The notes: a model not told the origin generated them from the sequence alone. DNA of 53,880 nucleotides from a virus (IMGVR_UViG_2617270943_000003:1-53880); one strand, 5' to 3'; positions 35,175-44,363 are shown, counted from the stretch's first letter. Program-made: numbers and translations.

Positions 35175-35360
35175 ATGTGGAACGACCTAACGTTACCGGA
35201 CCCGGTATTACCTAAGCTATTCACCCGCGTATGGGTGAAGACTGACACTGGGCGACAGGTTGCCGCCTATCTCAATGATGCTGGCGAATGGGTAATTCTT
35301 TGCCCGCGCGTGGCGAAAACCCATCCGAAAATTGTTAAATGGAGCTATGGCTATGAGTAA
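35175..35360 (+). CDS. Hypothetical protein
   Basis: 61 aa ORF. Confidence 0.4.
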   Translation: MWNDLTLPDPVLPKLFTRVWVKTDTGRQVAAYLNDAGEWVILCPRVAKTHPKIVKWSYGYE

Positions 35361-35721
35361 GATCGCGCGATTCAGCTACAAGGCATTAGCCACCATTTAC
35401 CCCGTAACGCATGACGACTGGACAAACTCCGATGTATACGGTGCACCATACCTGATTGATTGCTCATGGGAGCGCACCGACGGCACGGCAACAGACACAA
35501 ACGGCAATGAGGTTAGCAATACAATAACCGTATTTACTGAACTGCTTCACAATATGCAGCCAGTACAGCGCCCGGAAAAAGGCTGGATGATTGCCACTGG
35601 TGACACCACTGATATTTCCGACCCGCTGGCGGCAGGTGCGAACGTTATAACCGGAATCGTTGAATGGGATATGAGCATGTTTAACGACACGCCGGATTAT
35701 AAGATCGTGACAGGGGGTTAA
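35332..35721 (+). CDS. Hypothetical structural protein
   Basis: 129 aa ORF; true start may be at 35347 or 35353. Confidence 0.45.
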   Translation: MLNGAMAMSKIARFSYKALATIYPVTHDDWTNSDVYGAPYLIDCSWERTDGTATDTNGNEVSNTITVFTELLHNMQPVQRPEKGWMIATGDTTDISDPLAAGANVITGIVEWDMSMFNDTPDYKIVTGG

Positions 35722-35723
35722 TC

Positions 35724-36188
35724 ATGCCTATCAAGGGTGTTAAACGTGTCAGGGAGCGATTAAAGCAGGAGCTAAAGGAAATCACAGATAAGAAAACTCA
35801 TGAGGTGTTATGGCGAGCAGGGATGCTGGCTGGTGGCTTCGCGGCGAACATGACCCCCGTTGATACGGGTTTTTTAATTAACAGCCAATTTCAGTATATA
35901 GGTAACACGGCGGAGGGTATGCAGTTACGGCTGGGATATACGGCCCGTTACGCTGAATGGGTGCACAATATGCCGGGCACATTAAAAGGCCAGCCGCGCG
36001 AACATTTCGGGAAAACAAATAACCTTTCAGATTTCGGGCCGAAACAGGTAATTGAGTTCGGCGGCGGTACTGGAAAAGGTAAATATTGGGACCCAAACGC
36101 GGAGCCGGAATTTTTGCGCAAGGCATTCGAAGATCCAAACAACGCCGACGATATTTATAAAGAGATTGTAGAAGGTTACAAAACATGA
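35724..36188 (+). CDS. Putative head-tail connector / tail completion protein
   Basis: 154 aa ORF within the structural operon. Confidence 0.45.
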   Translation: MPIKGVKRVRERLKQELKEITDKKTHEVLWRAGMLAGGFAANMTPVDTGFLINSQFQYIGNTAEGMQLRLGYTARYAEWVHNMPGTLKGQPREHFGKTNNLSDFGPKQVIEFGGGTGKGKYWDPNAEPEFLRKAFEDPNNADDIYKEIVEGYKT

Positions 36189-36571
36189 AACGCAGCGAAG
36201 TATACGACGAAATAAGGGATTGGATTAAATCCCACGGGTACGATGAAGGCTATATTTTGCAGGCCCGTTTCTGGAATGAGCGATCCAATTCAAATAACGA
36301 CAGATACATTGTCATCCAGCAAAACGGCGGCGCGGCTGGTGAGGAAGCAATAACCCGTGATTATTTCCGCATCCTGGTTATTTCCGCGCGTAATGATGCA
36401 AATATCAGTGAAGTTGAAGACCTTGCCGACGCCATCCGCCAAAGTATGTTAACAGAATATAAAACTGATAAAATTACACACATGAAGCCAGTTGGCGCTA
36501 TTCCTGCAATGCAAACCAGAGAAGGGCGCTTTATTTTTACCGTAGCTTTTCAAACTATCATATCCAGATAA
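36185..36571 (+). CDS. Putative tail terminator-like protein
   Basis: 128 aa ORF preceding the putative major tail protein. Confidence 0.4.
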   Translation: MKRSEVYDEIRDWIKSHGYDEGYILQARFWNERSNSNNDRYIVIQQNGGAAGEEAITRDYFRILVISARNDANISEVEDLADAIRQSMLTEYKTDKITHMKPVGAIPAMQTREGRFIFTVAFQTIISR

Positions 36572-36583
36572 GAGGTAATTAAC

Positions 36584-37060
36584 ATGTCTCAGACTTGCGA
36601 AAATGGCGCTTTTTTGGGCCGCGACGTTGCTGTATTCTTCGCTATCGCTTGTCCAAATGCTAAGCCGTCAGATGACGATTACAAAGCGTTAGGTATGATG
36701 CGTGGTAAGACGCTTTCCGTCGAATGGGAAACCGCAGACGCCACCGCTGATAAATCAGCAGACTACACGAAAGAATCAATGGTTACTTACAAATCTGTTT
36801 CTTTCTCCGGCGATGGTGTATCGCGTACTGAAGAAATCCACAACCAGAAGGCATTGAAACGTCATACCATTAACCCTGGTGAAACTACTGGCAGTCAACC
36901 TTATGTATGGCTGAAGATTGTTTCCCCGGTTGACGTGATTGAAGGGCCGTTCCTTTGCACTTCCTTTAAAGAGGAAGACCCTCACGATGATGTTTCAACC
37001 TGGTCTATTGAGTGCTCAAGCGCTGGTAAAGTTACCGCTGGTGACATCCCGGCAGCATAA
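36584..37060 (+). CDS. Putative major tail (tube) protein
   Basis: 158 aa ORF followed by a terminator, upstream of chaperone and tape measure genes. Confidence 0.45.
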   Translation: MSQTCENGAFLGRDVAVFFAIACPNAKPSDDDYKALGMMRGKTLSVEWETADATADKSADYTKESMVTYKSVSFSGDGVSRTEEIHNQKALKRHTINPGETTGSQPYVWLKIVSPVDVIEGPFLCTSFKEEDPHDDVSTWSIECSSAGKVTAGDIPAA

Positions 37061-37078
37061 TAATCAATATTAATAATC

Positions 37079-37100
37079 GGGGCCGTTGGCCCCTTTCTTT
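37079..37100 (+). terminator. Rho-independent terminator / attenuator after tail tube gene
   Basis: GGGGCC-GTT-GGCCCC hairpin followed by TTTCTTT. Confidence 0.55.
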
Positions 37101-37113
37101 TAGGGTGAAAGTT

Positions 37114-37791
37114 ATGATTCATGTTCGAACAGGACAATTTGCGGCGATGGTAGACGGCAGGCGGTACGTGTTTAATCCCTGCTTCGCTGCAATGGCTAAG
37201 ATCGGCAGTGACAGCGAACTGGTCGAATACTTCGCAACCATCCACGGTGGCAAATATCCATCACGATTGCCAGCAGATCCAGACCTTCGCAATCGCATTC
37301 TGGCGCGGTGTTATGGTGAGATAGTGCAAACGTCAATGCATATTCTGAAATGTTGCTCAGACGACGAAATAGGCCCGTTATTGGGTGAATGTAGGTTTAC
37401 TCCTTCCGGCAAATTGCGACTAAAACCCGGACTGATGCCGACCAGTGACGTTATCACGCTGGCGCAACATTGCATGTATCACGGTTTAATCGGTGACGGG
37501 CCAGAAGAAGACGCCGAAGAGATCCGGGAAGGGGAATATAAGCCGACTTTTAACGTGCTGGAATTCGTTTATTCTGCCGTAGCTCACCTGGGGTTATCAG
37601 AATCAGAAGCATGGAATATGACAATGACCGGATATAGGGCAGCCGTACGCGCTAAAACGCCGCCAGACGAAAGAAACGAAAGAAGCAAGCCAAACGTTCA
37701 CATAAATAAACGTGCTTATGACGAGCAAATGGAGGCCGCTAAAAGGGTGTTAGAAATGATGAAAAATCGTGAGCAAGAAAAAGCCCGGTAG
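37114..37791 (+). CDS. Putative tail assembly chaperone
   Basis: Location between tail tube and tape measure genes; ATG at 37114 with AGGGTGA upstream. Confidence 0.45.
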   Translation: MIHVRTGQFAAMVDGRRYVFNPCFAAMAKIGSDSELVEYFATIHGGKYPSRLPADPDLRNRILARCYGEIVQTSMHILKCCSDDEIGPLLGECRFTPSGKLRLKPGLMPTSDVITLAQHCMYHGLIGDGPEEDAEEIREGEYKPTFNVLEFVYSAVAHLGLSESEAWNMTMTGYRAAVRAKTPPDERNERSKPNVHINKRAYDEQMEAAKRVLEMMKNREQEKAR

Positions 37792-37816
37792 ATCCGGGCG
37801 TTTTTGTTAAGTTCGC

Positions 37817-38137
37817 TTATGCTATTTTTTCGTAAAGCACATTCATCTGTGTGCGAATTACTGTTAATATATTGATTGCTGCGTTCTTATTAATGCGTTT
37901 ATTCGCTACTATTTTTGTTTTCCCATCAATAACAACCAGATCTGCGTGCAATACATGGTTGAAGTTGACAATGTAATAATACTGTTTATCGCCAACATGT
38001 TGAACATATGCACCATTTAGATTTCCTTTATACCCACAATCACGCTCTGCGACACCGAAGTCAAATTCGCGGTTCATCTTGCGATTATATGCTACTTGTT
38101 TATGTTCCCATTTTCTCATCCATTCATCGCGTTTCAT
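37817..38137 (-). CDS. Hypothetical protein (accessory cassette A, gene 2)
   Basis: 106 aa opposite-strand ORF inserted between tail chaperone and tape measure genes. Confidence 0.5.
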   Translation of the reverse strand: MKRDEWMRKWEHKQVAYNRKMNREFDFGVAERDCGYKGNLNGAYVQHVGDKQYYYIVNFNHVLHADLVVIDGKTKIVANKRINKNAAINILTVIRTQMNVLYEKIA

Positions 38138-38146
38138 GTTTCACCC

Positions 38147-38806
38147 TTAATTCCAGTTGCAAGCGTTTTTTACTTTGTCGATGTGGTTATAAAGACCATC
38201 AATGTTAAACACTGCTTTCTCAATGTCGCCAGCTTCCGGCACTACTTCAATGATAAATTGTTTTTCGTTAACCAGATTTTTAATCATTGGGATGGCTTTT
38301 TTGTCGTTCCATAATCCAAGAGCTTTATAGTTAGTTGACCGCCCCCATTCAGTGGCTACAGCTTTGTGATCGCCGATCCGGTAGTTAATATAAGTAGCGT
38401 CCCCGGCGTCAGTTACACGGTGTGACCATGCTACGAACATTTTTGTTTTATTACCCTGGCAAGCAATTGTTAATACCGGTTTATTCTTATCCTGTGCCTT
38501 CAGTGCCGGGAAGGCATCAAGACTTCCGCTAAAATGATCTGCTTTCACAAAAAGGAACACGTTTTTTGTGTCCTGCATATCATCTTTTCTTTCGACCACA
38601 AGCCACTGTTTACCAGCTTTTTCTTTTGCTAACTGTGCCTCATATGCGGCTTGTTTTGCTTGTTGTTCCGCAAGCCATTTAGCATTTTTCTCAGCCAATG
38701 CTTGTTGTTCTTGAGTGGTCACTATAGGCGCTTTTTCATTATCCTCATTGCAACCAACCAGACCCAATACCGCCGCAATCATTGCCACTTTTGCTAACTG
38801 TTTCAT
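38147..38806 (-). CDS. Lipoprotein (accessory cassette A, gene 1)
   Basis: Signal peptide with lipobox MIAAVLGLVGC, then an Ala/Gln/Lys-rich helical linker and a C-terminal domain. Confidence 0.6.
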   Translation of the reverse strand: MKQLAKVAMIAAVLGLVGCNEDNEKAPIVTTQEQQALAEKNAKWLAEQQAKQAAYEAQLAKEKAGKQWLVVERKDDMQDTKNVFLFVKADHFSGSLDAFPALKAQDKNKPVLTIACQGNKTKMFVAWSHRVTDAGDATYINYRIGDHKAVATEWGRSTNYKALGLWNDKKAIPMIKNLVNEKQFIIEVVPEAGDIEKAVFNIDGLYNHIDKVKNACNWN

Positions 38807-38986
38807 AACCCACCACGCTTAGTTTTTATTTTTAAGTGATTTTAACATTTCTTCAATGAAATCCGCATAGCGTTCATGTTCGTTGGGACGGTAGTTTACG
38901 TTTTTCATTTTCTTGTCCTCTTTTGCTTCCTCCGGTTCATCCGGTCCTTTTAAATCCCTTTACTCTATCCATTTCCTTTAGCCTCT

Positions 38987-39028
38987 TTATACAAAATGTA
39001 TTCGTTGAAGTGAAGCCATTTTGTATAA
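38987..39028. repeat. Perfect 12-bp inverted repeat TTATACAAAATG-N18-CATTTTGTATAA in the divergent promoter region
   Basis: Read directly from the sequence; lies between the minus-strand lipoprotein gene and the tape measure gene. Confidence 0.8.
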
Positions 39029-39066
39029 AATAGAGACATAGATCACATCTTGTATGAGGTTAAATC

Positions 39067-41409
39067 ATGGCTACCAGTGTAGGTACAATTTATTACGAAG
39101 TTGACGCGAAAACTGGTCAACTTCTCGTTGCGCAGCGCCAGGCCGACCAGGCTTTTGACCGTATAGAGCGCGGCGCAAAACAGGCTGACCGCCAGGTAAA
39201 CACCCTGAAAACATCCATCAAGGCGCTAACCAGGGTTATCCATCTGCTAATTGCTGCGGAGGCTGTGCGCCAATTCATGGATATGGCGGAGCAAGCAAAA
39301 ATGCTTCGCGTAAAAATCAAAATGCTGACAGGTGATGCGGAGTCTGCCGGACGGGTTTTCGACGGCCTGAAAGCAATATCAAAAGAAACAGGTCAGAGCA
39401 TGAAGGATACAGGTGATCTGTGGCAAGGCCTGGCTATCTCACTGAAGAACACGTCCGCCACTGAAGGGCAATTGCTTAATCTGGTAGGTACGATTCAGAA
39501 AATGGGGGCGTTGGGTGGCGCGTCAGCGGAACAGATGTCTAACTCCATGCGTCAATTCCGTCAATCCATAGACGGCGGCGTGCTGCGTGCTGAAGAATTC
39601 AACAGCCTGTTAGAGAACACCCCAACCATCGTGCAGACAATGGCCCGCCAGATGGGGTTATCAATGGGTCAATTCCGCGCAGAAATGCTGGATGGCAAGA
39701 TCACAGCTGAAAGGATGGTCAACGCAATCCAGGCGGCTACGCAGGAAACAAACGAGAAGTTTGCACAGTTGCCGCGCACATCCGGTATGGCCCTGAATGA
39801 GCTTAAAGTCGAGGTTATGGGACTTGTTGAGCAATTGGATGATCTTTTCGGTGTATCCGATACGGTTGTTGCTGGTATCGATCTTGTAACGAAAGGTGTT
39901 AAGGCTTTAGGTGAAGGCGCTGATTTCGCTAAAACCTGCTTTAACACCCTGAATACGGCTGGTGGCGAATTCATCGACATGTTTGAAGATGTCAGAATCA
40001 AGGCTGGCGAGGTAGCCGAGAAGATCATCGCAATGGTGACGCCAATCAAGGCACTAATGGACGCCTACAAATGGATGAAGGAGGTCGTAGGAGAGCAAAC
40101 CGACGAATATAACAGCAACTACGAGAAGAAATACGGTAAGACCGTTGGCAAGGTCATGCAATTACAGGATGATCTGACCGCAGCAATCCGGGCTACAGAG
40201 GAAGCAAGGAAAAATGAACAGAATGCCGCCAATGACGGAGTGATTACCGGATTCGACAAGCCAGTAGACAAACCGAAAAAACAGAAAAAAGAGAAGAAAT
40301 CTGAAGCTGATCGGCTTGGTGACAAAGGCATAAGCGTTTCTGACCAGTACAACAAAGACGCCGCCGCTATGCGCAAAGCATTAGAGAACGGCAAGGCCAT
40401 TGATGCTGCATTCGCCCAGGGTAAAATCACCCTCCTTGAGTACCGCGCCGCGCAAAAAGGGATAGGTAAGGAACTGAAGGAAGAATTAGCACAAATTCCG
40501 GTAGAGGAATTGCGCGACAAATGGGAGCAAATAGTAAGCCCGATGGATCAGCTAAAGGGCGAAGTAGACCCTATTCAGCAGGTTCAAAATGAATGGGCCG
40601 TCCGTAAGCAAATGCTTATCGACCTGGGCGTGACGGAAGCGCAACAGAAACAGGAACTGTTAGCCTATGAGCAACAGATCCGCGATCTGAAGTGGGAACA
40701 ATGGCAGGCGCAAAGCGACACAAACGGCCTTATCGGTGATTGCGTTAATGGCCTTAAAGGCGGCATGAGTAATGCGCTTGTTGGCCTGCTTAACGGTACT
40801 CAATCGTTGAGCGATGTTTTTGCTAACTTAGGGAGCAATATACTAGGGAATATCGGCAACAGACTTTCTGATATAGCTGCCAACTGGATAGCAGATCAGA
40901 TAATGATGGAAACGCAAAGCAAAGCGACTCAGGCAAGTACCACGGCGGGCGCGGTAGCGGCGCAAGGCCAGATTGCTGCGGCGGCGGCCCCGGCGGCGGC
41001 GGCAACAGCGGCATCAACTGGCGGCGCATGGGCTGCGGCTGGTTCGGCGGCACTTACTGCGATCATGTCGCTGGCTACGTCAATTTTTGGAGGCGGTCGC
41101 TTTAATGGTGGTAGCGTTATTGGTGGCAATATGTACCGTGTCGGGGAACATAACAGGACGGAGCTATTCCAGACATCTAACGGAAATCAATACATGATCC
41201 CCGGCGAGAATGGCAGGGTTATTCCTGGGCGTGATATTGGCGGTGGCGGCGGCATTAGTATGCCTGTCAATATCAACATTCAGACCACAAACGGATTTAG
41301 CGACGAAGACAGTCGCAGACTTGAGCAAACAATGGAACGTGTAGCAATGAAGATGATAACAAGGGAATCACAAAGACCTGGCGGAATATTGCAACCGCGC
41401 CGCAAATAA
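39067..41409 (+). CDS. Tail tape measure protein
   Basis: 780 aa, largely alpha-helical, with Gly/Ala-rich C-terminal segment; canonical position. Confidence 0.85.
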   Translation: MATSVGTIYYEVDAKTGQLLVAQRQADQAFDRIERGAKQADRQVNTLKTSIKALTRVIHLLIAAEAVRQFMDMAEQAKMLRVKIKMLTGDAESAGRVFDGLKAISKETGQSMKDTGDLWQGLAISLKNTSATEGQLLNLVGTIQKMGALGGASAEQMSNSMRQFRQSIDGGVLRAEEFNSLLENTPTIVQTMARQMGLSMGQFRAEMLDGKITAERMVNAIQAATQETNEKFAQLPRTSGMALNELKVEVMGLVEQLDDLFGVSDTVVAGIDLVTKGVKALGEGADFAKTCFNTLNTAGGEFIDMFEDVRIKAGEVAEKIIAMVTPIKALMDAYKWMKEVVGEQTDEYNSNYEKKYGKTVGKVMQLQDDLTAAIRATEEARKNEQNAANDGVITGFDKPVDKPKKQKKEKKSEADRLGDKGISVSDQYNKDAAAMRKALENGKAIDAAFAQGKITLLEYRAAQKGIGKELKEELAQIPVEELRDKWEQIVSPMDQLKGEVDPIQQVQNEWAVRKQMLIDLGVTEAQQKQELLAYEQQIRDLKWEQWQAQSDTNGLIGDCVNGLKGGMSNALVGLLNGTQSLSDVFANLGSNILGNIGNRLSDIAANWIADQIMMETQSKATQASTTAGAVAAQGQIAAAAAPAAAATAASTGGAWAAAGSAALTAIMSLATSIFGGGRFNGGSVIGGNMYRVGEHNRTELFQTSNGNQYMIPGENGRVIPGRDIGGGGGISMPVNINIQTTNGFSDEDSRRLEQTMERVAMKMITRESQRPGGILQPRRK

Positions 41410-41415
41410 ACAAAA

Positions 41416-41442
41416 CCCCGGCACAATGCCGGGGCTATTTTT
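41416..41442. terminator. Bidirectional rho-independent terminator after tape measure gene
   Basis: CCCCGGC-ACAAT-GCCGGGG hairpin flanked by A-run upstream and T-run downstream. Confidence 0.65.
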
Positions 41443-41626
41443 ATTCAATTTCATCATTTTTAAATTCGCCGTTTACATAAAGCTGTAATGCTTTTATTAG
41501 TTCAGCGGCTTGCTTTTTGTCTATTACAATCATTTCGCAGTCGCTCACGATCCATAATCGCCCATCCTCTTCAATGCTAAGATTAATCCCTCTACATTCT
41601 TGCGTTTCATGAATAATCATTATCAA
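41441..41626 (-). CDS. Hypothetical protein (accessory cassette B, gene 4)
   Basis: 61 aa opposite-strand ORF. Confidence 0.4.
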   Translation of the reverse strand: MIMIIHETQECRGINLSIEEDGRLWIVSDCEMIVIDKKQAAELIKALQLYVNGEFKNDEIE

Positions 41627-41658
41627 CCTCCATTGTGTTATTAATTACATGAATAAAT

Positions 41659-41853
41659 TTACTCAAAACTTGTATATCCTCTCACAATTTTTCCGCCTCT
41701 TGCGCTTTTTGCAAATACAGCGTCAGTGTATCTGAAAAACGGTTCTGTGTATGTCTCACCTTTGCTATCCATCCATTTAACCACCCAGGCCATGCGTTTA
41801 ATGTTGCTTTTGCTTGCTGTAGTTTTCATTTTGTTTTCCTCCGCAACATTCAA
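41659..41853 (-). CDS. Hypothetical protein (accessory cassette B, gene 3)
   Basis: 64 aa opposite-strand ORF. Confidence 0.4.
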   Translation of the reverse strand: MNVAEENKMKTTASKSNIKRMAWVVKWMDSKGETYTEPFFRYTDAVFAKSARGGKIVRGYTSFE

Positions 41854-41860
41854 ATCCGAA

Positions 41861-42115
41861 TCACTTGTGAGCGCCTTTCACCCCACAGTGCCTGTTATAT
41901 TCCAGATGATCGATGATTAACCAGACTTTGAGATCTTCGCTAAACAGCCGCCAGTCAGGATTGATATCGAATTTAAAGCCATAACCATCGCGTAACTTTT
42001 TGGGGCGCGCCTCTTTCTTCAAAAATGCTTTAAGCAGTTCCTTACCTTTCTTGATAATCCGGTCCTGTGCGTTTTTCTGTACTTTCAGGTTTTTGTCAAT
42101 CGCTACCAGTTTCAT
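41861..42115 (-). CDS. Hypothetical basic protein (accessory cassette B, gene 2)
   Basis: 84 aa Lys-rich ORF. Confidence 0.45.
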   Translation of the reverse strand: MKLVAIDKNLKVQKNAQDRIIKKGKELLKAFLKKEARPKKLRDGYGFKFDINPDWRLFSEDLKVWLIIDHLEYNRHCGVKGAHK

Positions 42116-42134
42116 AGCTCACCCCCGATTATCC

Positions 42135-42290
42135 TTAATTAAGAGCCTTCAGGAAGAAATCACGGTATTCATCTTCTTTTGCATTCATCATGAATTGACC
42201 GTATTTGAATGCGTCGTCGAAACCCTTAACGATTGCTATTTCCACTTGTTCGAATGCGTTGTTTAGCATTACCACTACATAGCGTTTCAT
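42135..42290 (-). CDS. Hypothetical protein (accessory cassette B, gene 1)
   Basis: Start placed at MKRYVVVML, preceded by GAAGGAGG; the track ORF extends upstream to 42365. Confidence 0.4.
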   Translation of the reverse strand: MKRYVVVMLNNAFEQVEIAIVKGFDDAFKYGQFMMNAKEDEYRDFFLKALN

Positions 42291-42458
42291 TTTGGGCCTC
42301 CTTCGTTGGTACTGCTTTTCTTCTTGCTTTCTATATACATCTTGTTGCGTACTATGTGAAGCCATTTTGTAAACTAGCTATAATCATTGTGATGAAGATC
42401 TCATTTTTCGCGTAGAAGCGCGTAAAGATATATACAAAATGTAACTTATGGGGGTTTT

Positions 42459-42812
42459 ATGCCGGAAGTGTTCAGATGGACGCCACAACGAAGCTACAGC
42501 GTGACCAGGGAGCCAGACGTGTCTGTTGTTAAGCTGGGTGATGGTTATGAGCAAAGGCAGGTGAAAGGTATCAATCCATTACTCGATAGCTACACCCTGG
42601 TATTTAAAGGCAGTAGCGCCGGATGCGGTGATGGTGAAAACGTAGCAATCCAGGCGGAAGCATTCTTGAGGGCGCGCGGCGCGGTAGAGGCTTTTTACTG
42701 GTCGCCGTCGATGGATAACGTGCAAAGGCTTTTTGTTTGCCGTCGATGGAGCATGACTAAAGACGGGTCTTTGTACACGCTAAACGCAACATTTGAGCAA
42801 GTCGTCAGATGA
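42459..42812 (+). CDS. M: Minor tail protein M
   Basis: FRWTPQRSYSVTREPDVSVVKLGDGYEQR...ATFEQVV is collinear with lambda gpM. Confidence 0.8.
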   Translation: MPEVFRWTPQRSYSVTREPDVSVVKLGDGYEQRQVKGINPLLDSYTLVFKGSSAGCGDGENVAIQAEAFLRARGAVEAFYWSPSMDNVQRLFVCRRWSMTKDGSLYTLNATFEQVVR

Positions 42813-43009
42813 TGGAGGTTAATATGTATGGTATTTGTGTAGTGGACCGCACTGGCGCTTTTACATTCTTTGACGACTATGAAATTAAAGATCTTACTGT
42901 AAAGGCTGACAATGGCGAGATCTGGTATCTTCATGATGTTGGTGACGGGTATGTCGGATGCAGATCGAGAGAGGGTAGGGAAGTTTTATTCTTGCTTGAT
43001 GGCGTATAA
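42809..43009 (+). CDS. Hypothetical protein
   Basis: 66 aa ORF inserted between M and L homologs. Confidence 0.4.
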   Translation: MMEVNMYGICVVDRTGAFTFFDDYEIKDLTVKADNGEIWYLHDVGDGYVGCRSREGREVLFLLDGV

Positions 43010-43015
43010 ACACGA

Positions 43016-43043
43016 CCCCGCGCGAAGCGGGGTTATTATTATT
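43016..43043 (+). terminator. Rho-independent terminator
   Basis: CCCCGC-GCGAA-GCGGGG hairpin followed by TTATTATTATT. Confidence 0.6.
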
Positions 43044-43157
43044 CCATTTCCATTAACGCTATATTTTCTGCTATCGTTTTCCAGTCCAGATCTACAGCAT
43101 GAACACCAAATACCATCAACCCCATTGCGATTAGTGCTAAAACTTCGATTTTCATAA
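43044..43157 (-). CDS. Small hydrophobic peptide (37 aa)
   Basis: MKIEVLALIAMGLMVFGVHAVDLDWKTIAENIALMEM with GAGGT upstream; the two-residue acidic tail is not a recognised cleavage site, so a signal-peptide reading is speculative. Confidence 0.25.
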
Positions 43158-43246
43158 TCAACCTCGCTTAATTAAGAAAGGCGTAAACGATGGCAATCGC
43201 GCCAGCCACTACCAAAACATTTCGATCACTTCGTCTACTTTATTGA

Positions 43247-43450
43247 TTAAGGTAACTCCACTTCGTTAAATGTAACAAGCACCCCTTGATTTTCTTTATT
43301 TATAATTATGAAGGCATTAATTGAAGGCAGACATCTTTCCACGCGGTAAACGTCACCAATATCTAAACTGTAATATTCTGTTAATTCTCTATTGTTCCCT
43401 TTAGCAAAACCCGTAAACCTAACCATTCCTTGACCGTCGTACTTTAACAT
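43247..43450 (-). CDS. Hypothetical protein (accessory cassette C)
   Basis: 67 aa opposite-strand ORF. Confidence 0.4.
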   Translation of the reverse strand: MLKYDGQGMVRFTGFAKGNNRELTEYYSLDIGDVYRVERCLPSINAFIIINKENQGVLVTFNEVELP

Positions 43451-43458
43451 ATACAGTC

Positions 43459-43707
43459 CTATAGGTTATCACGCAGATAATTAACGCCCTTATCAGTGAC
43501 GAATGAATGATTAACCTGGTTTTCATCCGTCATGATGATGAATAACTTTTCCTGTAGGTATTTCGCTTTCGGGTACAGCGTTAAACAGACCTGGTACAGT
43601 ATCCCGCGCTCAATCAGCAAATCAATAAATTCGTGCTCATGATAACCGACGAGGCGGGCGGCCTGTTTCAACGTGTACACATAATCGCCGTGATTGCGCC
43701 ACGCCAT
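43459..43707 (-). CDS. Hypothetical protein, possible HTH (accessory cassette C)
   Basis: 82 aa; segment YTLKQAARLVGYHEHEFIDLLIERGILY resembles a helix-turn-helix. Confidence 0.4.
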   Translation of the reverse strand: MAWRNHGDYVYTLKQAARLVGYHEHEFIDLLIERGILYQVCLTLYPKAKYLQEKLFIIMTDENQVNHSFVTDKGVNYLRDNL

Positions 43708-43716
43708 TTTGCCGCC

Positions 43717-44064
43717 TTATTTATCGAATACTGAAAGGTTATCGATGCAGAAATCTTTTGCCGCTTTTTCGTATTCGCGTTTTGCTTCAGGATCATCTGC
43801 CGGGAAACCGTGCGCGTGTATTTCGCCAGGGCAAGACTGGTCCATAGAATCTGCATAATAAGCAGCGAAGCTACCATTAATATCTTTCGGGTTCATATCT
43901 TCCACCTCATCAACTATCTGTACCGGATTAGCAGCATATTTCACTGGATGGCCTAAACTACATTCAAGAATCCTGCCTTCTTCCAGGGCTACTTCTTCGC
44001 TATCAAATAATCCGAAACACTCCTTGCTACCACTTATCCACACATCAAGACTGTATTTTTGCAT
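43717..44064 (-). CDS. Hypothetical acidic protein (accessory cassette C)
   Basis: 115 aa opposite-strand ORF. Confidence 0.45.
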   Translation of the reverse strand: MQKYSLDVWISGSKECFGLFDSEEVALEEGRILECSLGHPVKYAANPVQIVDEVEDMNPKDINGSFAAYYADSMDQSCPGEIHAHGFPADDPEAKREYEKAAKDFCIDNLSVFDK

Positions 44065-44234
44065 TTTTTGTTAACCTCATTTTTCACAGGTTCGATCCTA
44101 TATCCCAAAACGCGGTCATCCTCAGCAAGTTCAAGCGCATCAATCAGTGCCTCACCCTCATCATCATACAGAGCGATAACCTTTTCCCTTCCGCCTGTCA
44201 GGAATACCGTCAACTTCCACACCTTATCACCCAT
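44034..44234 (-). CDS. Hypothetical protein (accessory cassette C, first gene)
   Basis: Start at MGDKVWKL with GGAGGTG upstream; the track ORF extends upstream to 44354. Confidence 0.4.
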   Translation of the reverse strand: MGDKVWKLTVFLTGGREKVIALYDDEGEALIDALELAEDDRVLGYRIEPVKNEVNKKCKNTVLMCG

Positions 44235-44363
44235 TTCACACCTCCGCGCCATTTTGTTAACTATGCTTCCGTTTGAGTAAAATATACATATTGTAAAAAC
44301 CGCGATCAATCCATTTTGGCATGATTTGGCGTGACACAGATCACAAAATGACAAGGTGAGAAA

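Noticed and set aside
38819-38908. 29-codon minus-strand ORF upstream of the lipoprotein gene
   Set aside because: Very short and hydrophilic with only a moderate ribosome-binding site; it lies in the promoter/leader region of the lipoprotein gene, so the evidence is too thin to call a gene.
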